Assembly (NCBI GenBank): GCA_036491075.1 | Contig: DASXCR010000070.1 | Location: 1-56,688, forward strand | Source of the DNA: Solirubrobacteraceae bacterium | GTDB lineage: Bacteria; Actinomycetota; Thermoleophilia; Solirubrobacterales; Solirubrobacteraceae | Direction: 5' to 3' | DNA length: 56,688 bases | Shown: piece after piece, positions 19,452 through 27,709 of the stretch | Numbering within the stretch: position 1 is the first letter of the stretch | Layout: each line of letters opens with the position of its first letter | Made by a program: the position numbers and the translations under genes | The notes under the pieces: generated by a model | What the model saw: the letters and a program-made list of their open reading frames with translations, nothing else | Told to the model about the DNA's origin: nothing | The model's database searches: none

Positions 19452-19826
19452 ATGACCATCTACCCATCACTGCGCTACCGCGACGTCCGCGCCGCGATCG
19501 ACTGGCTCGTAGAGGCCTACGGCTTCGAACCCAAGGAGGTCCATGCCGACGGGGAGGGCGTGATCCGCCATGCGGAGCTCAGCGGCTTCGGCGGCATCGT
19601 CATGCTCGGCACGGAGCCCGAGGGCGGCGATCCGAAGTGGGGCGAGCACGCCGGCCAGAGCTGGCTCTACCTCTCGACCGACGACCCCGACGCGCTGCAC
19701 GACCGCGCCGTCGCGGCCGGCGCGCAGATCGTGCGCGCGCCGGAGGACACCGACTACGGCTCGCGCGAGTTCTCCTCGCGCGACCTCGAAGGCAACGTCT
19801 GGAGCTTCGGCACGTACGCCCCGTAG
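19452..19826 (+). CDS. VOC/glyoxalase-bleomycin resistance family protein
   Basis: 124 aa. YRDVRAAIDWLVEAYGFE...HAEL...YGSREFSSRDLEGNVWSFGTY is a typical small VOC protein. Confidence 0.85.
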   Translation: MTIYPSLRYRDVRAAIDWLVEAYGFEPKEVHADGEGVIRHAELSGFGGIVMLGTEPEGGDPKWGEHAGQSWLYLSTDDPDALHDRAVAAGAQIVRAPEDTDYGSREFSSRDLEGNVWSFGTYAP

Positions 19827-19916
19827 GCGAGGCGAGGCGAGGCGAGGCGAGCGAGGCGAGGCGAGGCGAGCGAGGCGAGGCCAGGCGAGGCGAGCGAGGC
19901 CAGGCGAGGCCAGGCC
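19826..19916. repeat. Imperfect pentanucleotide (GCGAG/GCCAG)n tandem repeat
   Basis: About 18 units of gcgag, with occasional cgag and gccag variants, start on the last base of the VOC stop codon. The array is intergenic. Confidence 0.9.
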
Positions 19917-19961
19917 GGACTCGCTCCTCGGCCGACCCGCACGCCGGCAGCGGATTGCTGT

Positions 19962-19998
19962 TTGACCATCGCATACCGCGTATGCATACTGCGTATCT
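19962..19998 (+). promoter_or_regulatory. Candidate leaderless padR promoter overlapped by twin ATAC-N3-GTAT palindromes
   Basis: TTGACC(19962)-N17-CATACT(19985) ends about 8 nt before the ATG at 19999. ATACcgcGTAT (19973-83) and ATACtgcGTAT (19986-96) are tandem inverted repeats covering the -10 region. Confidence 0.45.
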
Positions 19999-20601
19999 AT
20001 GCCGATCCGCCATGGTCTGCTCGCCCTGCTCGAGCGCGGACCGATGTACGGCTACCAGCTGCGCACCGAGTTCGAGGCATCGACCGGAGCGACCTGGCCA
20101 CTGAACATCGGGCAGGTCTACACGACGCTGTCGCGCCTGGAGCGCGACGGGCTCGTCGAGCCCGTCGGGCCGGCCGCCGCCGAGACCCGCTCGCCCGGCG
20201 GCGCGCCGGGCACGAACGGGAAGCTCACCTACCGGATCACGCCGGCCGGCCGCGAGGAGCTCGCGCGCTGGTTCGCGACCCCGCTCGAACACGCGGGCCG
20301 CCCCCGCGACGAGCTCGCGATCAAGCTCGCGATGGCGCTGACGACCCCCGGCATCGACGTTCGCCGCATCGTCCAGAGCCAGCGCAGCTCCGCGCTGCGC
20401 ACGCTGCGCGAGCTCACGCGGCGCAAGGCGCTGGCCGATCCGGTTGCCGACGCCGCGTGGCTGCTCGTCAACGAGTCGATGATCTTCCAGGCCGAGGCGG
20501 AGACCCGCTGGCTCGACCACTGCGACGCGCAGCTCACGGGGGACGGTCGATCGCCGCGTCCCGCCACGACGAGAGAGACCCCCACGGAGGTACCCCGATG
20601 A
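19999..20601 (+). CDS. PadR family transcriptional regulator
   Basis: MPIRHGLLALLERGPMYGYQLRTEFEASTGATWPLNIGQVYTTLSRLERDGLVE is the canonical PadR winged HTH. Its stop overlaps the next ATG (ATGA). Confidence 0.9.
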   Translation: MPIRHGLLALLERGPMYGYQLRTEFEASTGATWPLNIGQVYTTLSRLERDGLVEPVGPAAAETRSPGGAPGTNGKLTYRITPAGREELARWFATPLEHAGRPRDELAIKLAMALTTPGIDVRRIVQSQRSSALRTLRELTRRKALADPVADAAWLLVNESMIFQAEAETRWLDHCDAQLTGDGRSPRPATTRETPTEVPR

Positions 20602-21322
20602 GTCAGCACGTCCTCGAGCTGCGCGACGTGTCGCGCGTGCATGGAAGCGGGGAGGCCGGCGTCCACGCCCTGCGCGGCGTCAGCCTGGCGGTGGCGCGGG
20701 CGAGCTCGTCGCGGTCATGGGCCCGTCGGGCTCGGGCAAGTCGACGCTGCTGAACCTCGCCGGCGGACTCGACGCGCCGACAGGCGGCGCGGTCGTCGTC
20801 GAGGGAACGGACCTCGGCGGGCTCTCGGCCCGGGACCTCGCCGCGCTGCGCCGGCGCGCCATCGGCTACGTCTTCCAGGACTTCAACCTGATCCCCGCGC
20901 TCACGGCGGCCGAGAACGTCGCGCTGCCGCGCGAGCTGGACGGCGTCGGCGTGCGCCGCAGCCGCTCCGAGGCGATCGTCGCGCTCGACGAGGTCGGCCT
21001 CGCCGGCGTCGCCGACCGATTCCCGGACGAGATCTCCGGCGGCCAGCGCCAGCGCGTCGCGATCGCACGGGCGCTGATCGGGCCGCGGCGGCTCGTGCTC
21101 GCCGACGAGCCGACCGGCGCGCTCGACAGCCACAGCGGCGAATCGGTGCTGCGGCTGCTGCGCGCGCGCTGCGACGCGGGTGCCTCCGGCGTGCTCGTCA
21201 CCCACGAGGCCCGGCTCGCCGGCTGGGCCGACCGCGTGGTCTTCCTGCGCGACGGCGAGGTCGCCGACGACACCGGCCGGTCGGAGCCGGCCGCGACGCT
21301 CGCGTCTGGACAGCGGGCATGA
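20598..21322 (+). pseudogene. ABC transporter ATP-binding protein (MacB/LolD-like) with a 1-nt frame disruption before Walker A
   Basis: One frame from ATG 20598 reads MSQHVLELRDVSRVHGSGEAGVHALRGVSLAV. From about 20696 another frame reads AGELVAVMGPSGSGKSTLLNLAGGLD...ISGGQRQRVAIARAL...LVLADEPTGALD. Joining them needs one extra base in gtggcgcgggcgag (20691-20704). The ORF track only finds 20717..21322. Confidence 0.8.
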
Positions 21323-23284
21323 CCGCGAGCGGCTGGCGCCCCGCGCTGCGGATCGCCCGGCGCACGGTCGTGCGCAGCCCCGCGCGCTCGCTGCTGATCG
21401 CGATCCTCGTCGCGCTGCCCGTCGCGGGCGCGACGTTCGCCGACGTCATCGCGCGCAGCTTCGACGGGACGCGGCTGGATGCCCAGCGGATCGTCGGGTC
21501 CGCCGACGGCGTGGTCACGCTGACCGGCCTGCACCGCCTCCCCGGCGGCTATGACCCGCGCTGGCTCAGCGACTCCGGCCAGCCGCCCGGTGCAATGGGC
21601 ACGCAGTCGGCGAGCGAGCTCACCGCGCTCCTGCCGAGGGGCACGCGCGTCGTGGCGGTGCCGCGCGCTCGCACACTCGCACTGCGCGAGGGCGAACGGA
21701 TCGTGCGGACCGAGATGCTGATCGGCGACGTCGACGAGCCGCTGCATCAGAACGTCATGCGCCTGGACGGCGGGGCCCGCGCGCCGGGCGCGGGCGAGGT
21801 GCTCGTCACGCGCACGCTCGGCGAGCGGATGGGGCTCGTGGACGGCGGGGGCGTGCGGCCGGGCGCGACGATCACGCCGGTCGGCGGGCGCAGCAGCTAT
21901 CGCGTCGCGGGACTCGTGGTCGATCCGGGCTGCCTGTCGTGCGAGCAGATCGTCGCCGCGCCCGGCGCCGCGATCGTGCGGGCGACCCGCTCGATCCGCC
22001 GGCCCGACGCCAACACCGTCGGCGCCGACGCACCGACCTATCTCGTCGACCTCCCGAACGGCACCGACGCCGACGCGGTCGGGCGCACGCTCGCCGCGCT
22101 CGGCATCGCCTTGACGACGCGCGAGGGACTCCTGCATCCGACGGACGGCGGCGGTCATCTCTCGCTCGACGCCGACGCGATTCGCACCGGCGCGCTCGTC
22201 GCCGTGATCGTGGCGCTGGGACTGCTGGAGGTCGTGCTGCTCGCGGGCACGGCGTTCGCGGTCGGCGCGCGCCGTCAGGTGCGCGAGCTCGGCCTCGTCG
22301 CCGCGGGCGGCGCCAGCCCGCGCGACATCCGACGGATCGTGCTCGCACAGGGACTCGTGCTGGGTGCGCTCGGCGCCGCGCTCGGCGTCGCGGTCGGGTT
22401 CGCGATCGCCTTCGCCGGACGGCCGCTGTGGGAGAGCATCGCCGATGCGCAGGTCCCCGGCTGGTCCTTCGGGCCCTACGAGATCGCGGGCGCGGGGCTC
22501 GTCGGGCTGCTGTCGGGGCTTGCCGCGGCCGTCGTCCCGGCGATCGGCGCCGCGCGCATGCGGCCCGTCGACGCGCTGTCGGGGCGCTTTCGCGTCGGTG
22601 CGGGCGCGCGCCGTCGCAACGGGCTCGCCGGTGCCGGCCTGGTGCTGCTCGGCATCGCCGGCGGGCTCCTGGGCGCGCACCGCCTCGCGGCCGACTTCGC
22701 GGCGTACGACCGTGCGGTGCTCCAGGTCAAGCTGACCGGTCGCTTCCTCGGCACGCCCTCCTCCGACGGTGCCGTGACGCTCGTCATCGCAAGTGCCGCG
22801 CTCGCGGTCGTCGGCCTCGTGCTGCTCGCCCCCAACCTCATCGGGTGGATCTCGCGCCTGGGCGGAAGGTTGCCGCTGTCGGCGCGTCTCGCCGTGCGCG
22901 ACGCCGAGCGCCAGCGACACCGGACCGGGCCGGCGACCAGCGCGATCGTCATCGCGGTCAGCGGGTCGGTCGTGCTCGCGTTCCTGCTCGCGGGGCGCCT
23001 GCATGGCCGACATGGCGACGCTCGCGGCCGTGGGAGCGCCGCCGCAGCGCCGGCGGGCGCTGATGGCCAGCCAGGCGCTGCTCGTCGGCGGGCTGGGCTG
23101 CGTGCTCGGCGTCGCTCTCGGCACGTTCGTCGCGTACACGGCGCGCGCGACGACGCTGTCGCCGACGTTCGTCGTGCCGTGGGCGAACCTCGTCGCGACC
23201 GGCCTCGGCGTGCCGCTGCTGGCGGCGCTCGTCGCGGCCCTCTGCACGCGCGGTCGGACGGCGCCGGTGCGGCGCGCGGACTGA
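21319..23284 (+). pseudogene. FtsX-family ABC transporter permease with a frame disruption and probable internal deletion in the second half
   Basis: ATG 21319 overlaps the ATPase stop (ATGA). The first FtsX domain is intact (GARRQVRELGLVAAGGASPRDIRR). The second-half entry helix RLAVRDAERQRHRTGPATSAIVIAVSGSVVLAFLLAG is in the starting frame. The remainder, DMATLAAVGAPPQRRRALMASQALLVGGLGCVLGVALG...stop at 23284, is in the frame of ORF 22793..23284. The switch falls near 22990-23005. Confidence 0.7.
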
Positions 23285-23611
23285 GCCTGGATTCAGGCTG
23301 ATCCGTCGTCGCGTTCGCGCCCGGTCGACGACCGCGTCGCGGTCCGCGCCGAGGGCTCCGGGGCCACCGAGGCAGCGCGTACGCGAGCATTCCTGGGCTC
23401 GCGAGTCGTCCGCCGGCGCCTGCGGCGCGTAGGGATTTGCGTGGACGCCAGCGAGGACCGCGATCCGCGTCATGGGTCGAAGTATCGTGCGCGTCGGGGT
23501 CGTGCCGAGATCATGAGATCCGCGGTCACGACAGCCGGTTGCGGCCGCGGGCCGCTTCGCAGCAGGTCCACGACGTCTTCCAATCCCACATCCAGCAAGG
23601 AGCACACGTAC

Positions 23612-24019
23612 ATGGCCGACTACACGGTGGCGAAGATCTCGGAGTTGGAGGGGTACTACAACGGGATCTTCCTGAAGGCGCGCGCGACCCTCGGCGTGAC
23701 CGCCTTCGGTCTGTCGATCGTCGACATCCCGGCCGGCTCGGTGCACTACCCCGAGCACAACCACCCGAGCGGCCAGGAGGAGGTTCTCGTGATCACGAAG
23801 GGCTTCGGCCGCATGACCTTCGACGAGGGCGCCGAGTTCCTCGACCTCGAGCCCGGCATGATGGTGCGCATCGGCGCCGCGACGAAGCGCACGATCCGCG
23901 TCGGCGACGAGGGTCTGCAGGCCGTGGCGGTTGGCGGGACGCCCGGGGAGGCCTACAAGCCGCTCCCCTACACCGAGCTCGGCGCGATCGACCCGCTCGT
24001 CAAGCGCCCCGGCACCTGA
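23612..24019 (+). CDS. Cupin domain protein
   Basis: AAGGAG SD 9 nt upstream of ATG 23612. GSVHYPEHNHPSGQEEVLVITKGFGRMTFD...PGMMVRI matches cupin motifs 1 and 2. Confidence 0.8.
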   Translation: MADYTVAKISELEGYYNGIFLKARATLGVTAFGLSIVDIPAGSVHYPEHNHPSGQEEVLVITKGFGRMTFDEGAEFLDLEPGMMVRIGAATKRTIRVGDEGLQAVAVGGTPGEAYKPLPYTELGAIDPLVKRPGT

Positions 24020-24107
24020 TCGGCGGCGCGGCCACGCATGCCCGAGGGCCGAGCGCGGTTGCGGCCCGGCGACCCGACGCCGGGGCCCGGCGCGGCTGGC
24101 GCGGCGC

Positions 24108-24509
24108 TCAGGTCTCCTCGGACGGCAGCAGGTGGCCGTCGTTGTCGACGTAGCCGTCCTTGGCGCCGACCGCGATGTAGACGAGGTCGCCGTCGCCGAC
24201 GTTGCGGATCCGGCGCACCGTCGCGGCGTCGATGCGCGCGACCCCGCCCGGTCCGAGGCGATGCACGGAGCCGTCGCCGAACTCGAGCTCGGCGTGCCCC
24301 GCGTGGATGAAGTACGTCTCCTCCTGCTCGTAGTGGTAGTGGCGCCGGCCGGCGAACTCGGCCGGCATCACGATCGCGTTGATGCCCAGCGCCTTGACCT
24401 CCAGGGCACGGCGGATCTTGCGAAATCCGCCCCCGTCGCCGAGCGCCCCGATGTTGCCGACCGCGTAGCCCTCGCCGGTCACGACCTCGTGTGCTTCCTC
24501 CTGGGCCAT
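24108..24509 (-). CDS. Cupin domain protein
   Basis: MAQEEAHEVV...GRRHYHYEQEETYFIHAGHAELEFGDG...GGVARI is a cupin fold. Convergent with the preceding cupin gene. Confidence 0.8.
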   Translation of the reverse strand: MAQEEAHEVVTGEGYAVGNIGALGDGGGFRKIRRALEVKALGINAIVMPAEFAGRRHYHYEQEETYFIHAGHAELEFGDGSVHRLGPGGVARIDAATVRRIRNVGDGDLVYIAVGAKDGYVDNDGHLLPSEET

Positions 24510-24695
24510 CGTCGCTCTCCTCTCGCTCCGAACCGTTCGCCGCAGGCTACGCAAACTCGACGCCGAAGCAGGGGATTCGCGTGCCACCTCGCAGCTCTGA
24601 ACGCTCGCGGCGCCTTCTCGCGGCGGCCGACAGCATCGCGGAGTGCCCGCCGGCGAGGGTGGGCCCTTGCGTCCCTCTCGATGACGCCGGCGGCG

Positions 24696-25043
24696 TCAGG
24701 CGACCGTCGCGCCCTCGGGGATCATCGGCAGGCGCAGGTTGTCCCACTGCTCGAGGCCACCGGCCATCGAGTAGGCCTCGTAGCCCGACGCCTGGAATGC
24801 CTGCGCGGCCATCAGCGAGCGCCCGCCGGACTTGCACTGGAAGACGACCGGCCTGCCCTTGTCGATCCTGCTCACGCTGCCGGTGAGATCGGCGAGCGGG
24901 ATGTGGACGGCGCCCTCGATGCGCCCCTCGTCCCACTCGTGCTGCTCGCGCACGTCGATGAGCTGGATCGAGCCGTCGCCCAGTGCCTTCGCGGTCTGTG
25001 CGGGCGAGACCTCGACGTCGTCTGAATCGAAGATGGAAGCCAT
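24696..25043 (-). CDS. Single-domain rhodanese-like sulfurtransferase
   Basis: 115 aa. IQLIDVREQHEWDEGRIEGAVHIPL...VVFQCKSGGRS contains the active-site Cys loop. Confidence 0.9.
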   Translation of the reverse strand: MASIFDSDDVEVSPAQTAKALGDGSIQLIDVREQHEWDEGRIEGAVHIPLADLTGSVSRIDKGRPVVFQCKSGGRSLMAAQAFQASGYEAYSMAGGLEQWDNLRLPMIPEGATVA

Positions 25044-25184
25044 CGCTCGACCCTATCTCAACGTCGCCGGCGCCGATCAGCGCGACCGACAGCGCCCCCG
25101 TCTCGTCCGCCATCCTTTGGCAACCAGGTCGCCGAGACGGTAATCGCCTGCCGACCGCTGGTCAGGAGGGCGTAGGATGGGCCG

Positions 25185-25793
25185 ATGTCCGAGCGCGCCT
25201 ACCGCCGGCTGCAGCGCGACGAGCGCCGCGAGCTGCTGCTCGCTCGCGCCACGGAGCTCTTCTTCAGCCAGGGCTACGAGGGACTGTCGATGTCGCGCCT
25301 CGCGCGCGAGGCGCAGATCTCCAAGGCGCTGCTGTACCACTACTTCCCGAGCAAGCGGCGGCTGTTCGAGGCAGCGCTCGAGGAGCGGGCCGAGGAGCTG
25401 CGCCGGCGCACGGAGCCCGACCCGTCACGTCCTGCGGCCGAGCAGCTCTCCAGGACGCTCGACGCGTTCCTGCAGTGGGTGCAGGAGCGCCCCGCGGCCT
25501 ACGCGACGCTGCTCGAGAGCGGCTCGGCAGACGTGCGCGAGATCATGGCCGAGGTCCGCTCGACGACGGCGTCGCGGATCCTCTCGGGCCTGGGTCCGGA
25601 CGGCGAGCGCCCGGCGACGCGGTCCGCCGTCCACGGGTGGCTCGCGTTCCTCGACGGCGCCGTCCTCGACTGGATCGCTCACGACGATCTCAGCCGCGAG
25701 GCGCTGCACGGCATGCTGCTGGGCACCTTCACCGGAGCACTGGTCGCGTCCGGTGCGACCGGCGGGCTGCCGACGCAGGCACGGCCCGCGTGA
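25185..25793 (+). CDS. TetR/AcrR family transcriptional regulator
   Basis: RRELLLARATELFFSQGYEGLSMSRLAREAQISKALLYHYFPSKRRLF is the canonical TetR N-terminal HTH. Confidence 0.9.
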   Translation: MSERAYRRLQRDERRELLLARATELFFSQGYEGLSMSRLAREAQISKALLYHYFPSKRRLFEAALEERAEELRRRTEPDPSRPAAEQLSRTLDAFLQWVQERPAAYATLLESGSADVREIMAEVRSTTASRILSGLGPDGERPATRSAVHGWLAFLDGAVLDWIAHDDLSREALHGMLLGTFTGALVASGATGGLPTQARPA

Positions 25794-25823
25794 CCGGCCG
25801 GCGCGTTCGTGGACACGACCGCG

Positions 25824-26609
25824 TCAGGCGCCGGCGGCCCAGTCCATCGGCACGTCGCGGCGCTTGCGCGAGACGACGGCGAGGTAGTCCAGCGAGGCCC
25901 CGTCGACGGCGATGCGGTGCGTGTACCGCAGGCGGGCGCGCTCGTCGAGCACGCCGTCGCGAAACAGACGCCGCAGGAAGCCGCCGAAGCCCGTCGGATC
26001 ACGCTCCTCGAAGAAGCGGTCGCGGACGTTGAAGGCGACCCAGCCCCCGTCGGCGATGCAGTTGAGCGCCTCGGCGAACGCGATCGGCGGAACGTCGCCG
26101 AAGCCGAGCGCCGCGACGCACGAGAAGCAGTCGAAGCCGTGCGCGTCGAGCTCGGCGCGCTCTGCGAGCTCGAGGTTCGTGAGGTCGAGCACGCGGTAGT
26201 CGTCGTAGACGCCGGGACGATCGCGCAGGGCGGCGTCGCGAGCCTCCTCGAGCAGGTCGACGCCGACGATCGTGCCGATGCCGAGGCCGTCGAGGCGCTC
26301 GCCGACCATGCCGTTGCCGGCGCCGAAGTCCAGCGCCGTCAACGTCGAGGGATCGGCGCCTTCGACGGCGAGCTGGTCGGCGAGAAGCTCGCTGACGACA
26401 CGCGGCGAGTCGCAGGCGAGGCGTTCGGAGAACAGCTGCTCGTAGAGGCCCGGCACGTCGAAGATCTCCGCGTAGTCGTGCAGCCGGATGCGCCGGCGCT
26501 CACCCTCGACCTCGATCTCACACCACTCCTCGTCCTGGTCCAGACCGTCGACGGCGTTGCGCGGCGGGAGGTGAAGTGCATAGTCGAGCGTGGTGTCGAT
26601 CGAGGAGAT
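25824..26609 (-). CDS. Class I SAM-dependent methyltransferase (5' end unresolved)
   Basis: LDFGAGNGMVGERL (motif I), IVGVDLLEEA and FDCFSCVAALGFGDVP are present, with good GC3 bias. No in-frame ATG or GTG lies near the point where coding bias begins (about 26609). The nearest upstream option is TTG 26708, across a low-GC3 stretch. The first in-frame GTG I found downstream is about 135 nt inside the coding-biased region (the DVPGLY codons). Confidence 0.7.
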   Translation of the reverse strand: MSSIDTTLDYALHLPPRNAVDGLDQDEEWCEIEVEGERRRIRLHDYAEIFDVPGLYEQLFSERLACDSPRVVSELLADQLAVEGADPSTLTALDFGAGNGMVGERLDGLGIGTIVGVDLLEEARDAALRDRPGVYDDYRVLDLTNLELAERAELDAHGFDCFSCVAALGFGDVPPIAFAEALNCIADGGWVAFNVRDRFFEERDPTGFGGFLRRLFRDGVLDERARLRYTHRIAVDGASLDYLAVVSRKRRDVPMDWAAGA

Positions 26610-26750
26610 GGGCTTACCCTTTCGTGGAAGGTTAAGAAAACGTTGATGGCTTACCCCCGAATCAGAGGGCGAAACGGTGCGGCCCCGTTGGCGTGTAGCC
26701 GCTGGCAAGCGGGCGCCTGCGCATTCGCATTCGAGCGTGGCGTGGCGAGA

Positions 26751-26768
26751 CCACGTGCCGGCACGTGG
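26751..26768. promoter_or_regulatory. Perfect 18-bp palindrome CCACGTGCCGGCACGTGG
   Basis: Self-complementary over all 18 nt. Lies 15 nt upstream of the lipoprotein ATG (26783), in the divergent intergenic region shared with the methyltransferase gene. Confidence 0.4.
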
Positions 26769-26782
26769 GATCCTGGTGGGCG

Positions 26783-27385
26783 ATGACCACGCGCGCGCTG
26801 GCCACGATCGTACTCGCCACCGGATTGCTGGCCGGCTGCGGCGGGTCGTCCGGGGCGCCCCGTCGCTCGGCGGCGCAGGCCGCCGCGCCACGTTCGACGC
26901 CGGTGCCGCCATCCGGCGCGCACGACCCTCTTCAGATCCCCGCGAACGTGCCCCTGAAGGCGACCGGCCCCGCCGATCCCGCACGCGTGAAGGTCATCCG
27001 CGCCTGGTCGGCTGCGCTGCGCGACGGCGACGTGGCCGGTGCGAGCGCCCAGTGGGGGGTGCCCGCGAGGGTGCAGAACGGCTCGCCGGTGCTGAGGCTG
27101 TCGAGCGCCGCCGAGGTGCGGATCTTCAACGGGGCGCTGACGTGCGGCTCGATCGTGACGTCGACCGGCGGCGCGAGCGGCGGCTTCACGATCGTGCGGG
27201 TGCGCCTCACGCAGCGCAGGGGCGCTGACTGCGGATCGGGCACCGGGCACAGCGCACGGACGGCGATCCTCGTGCGCGGCGGCCGGATCGTCGCCTGGTA
27301 CCGGCTACCGGACGCTCCGAACGCGCCCGGCCTGGCGCCGCCGCCAACCGGCGACGGCGACCCGCAGGACTCGCAGACGGTCTGA
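26783..27385 (+). CDS. Lipoprotein of unknown function
   Basis: MTTRALATIVLATGLLAGCGGSSG contains a lipobox (LAGC). GC3 bias is good. No family recognised. Confidence 0.7.
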   Translation: MTTRALATIVLATGLLAGCGGSSGAPRRSAAQAAAPRSTPVPPSGAHDPLQIPANVPLKATGPADPARVKVIRAWSAALRDGDVAGASAQWGVPARVQNGSPVLRLSSAAEVRIFNGALTCGSIVTSTGGASGGFTIVRVRLTQRRGADCGSGTGHSARTAILVRGGRIVAWYRLPDAPNAPGLAPPPTGDGDPQDSQTV

Positions 27386-27411
27386 CCCGGCGGTCGCCTG
27401 GGTCCCAGGTC

Positions 27412-27645
27412 CTACACGTACGGGTCGACGTATGGGTCGCGCTCGACGACGCGCTCGTGCGCCACGACGACGCCGCGGCGGTCTGCCTGCATGAGAAACG
27501 CGAGCGAGATCACCAGGCCGACGATGCCGATGATGATGAGGATCGTGCCGACGGTCGCCAGCGAGATGCCGGTGACCGTGGCGGTGACCGCGAACTTGAG
27601 GATCGCGCCCACGGCGATGAGTGTTATCGAGGTTCCTATTCCCAT
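27412..27645 (-). CDS. Small two-helix membrane protein (DUF6458-like)
   Basis: 77 aa. MGIGTSITLIAVGAILKFAV...LATVGTILIIIGIVGLVISLAFLM forms two hydrophobic helices followed by a charged tail. Confidence 0.6.
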   Translation of the reverse strand: MGIGTSITLIAVGAILKFAVTATVTGISLATVGTILIIIGIVGLVISLAFLMQADRRGVVVAHERVVERDPYVDPYV

Positions 27646-27709
27646 GCGACTCGGGATGCCCGGCTCAGACCCTCGGTAAGCGCCGAATCCGCGCGAGTAC
27701 GATGGTTCG

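Noticed and set aside
16678-19470. 930-aa minus-strand ORF, and similar giants at 46761..49589 (-), 5594..7696 (+), 41783..43573 (-), 20866..23247 (-) and 28804..30651 (-)
   Set aside because: All are Arg/Pro/Ala/Gly-rich with no domain motifs. They overlap genes with clear motifs on the other strand or in another frame. They are typical open antisense frames of very high-GC DNA.
20641-23301. Single 886-aa plus-strand ORF spanning the ABC ATPase and the permease
   Set aside because: Its first 226 or so codons are an out-of-frame reading through the ATPase gene, and its last 100 or so codons are out of frame with the FtsX C-terminus. The real permease begins at ATG 21319.
23285-23611. Possible small gene or riboswitch in the 330-bp spacer before the first cupin gene, including the N-terminal extension of ORF 23441..24019
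   Set aside because: There is no coding bias upstream of the AAGGAG-ATG at 23612, and I could recognise no conserved RNA motif. Only a short hairpin AGCCTGgattCAGGCT lies right after the permease stop, which may be a weak terminator.
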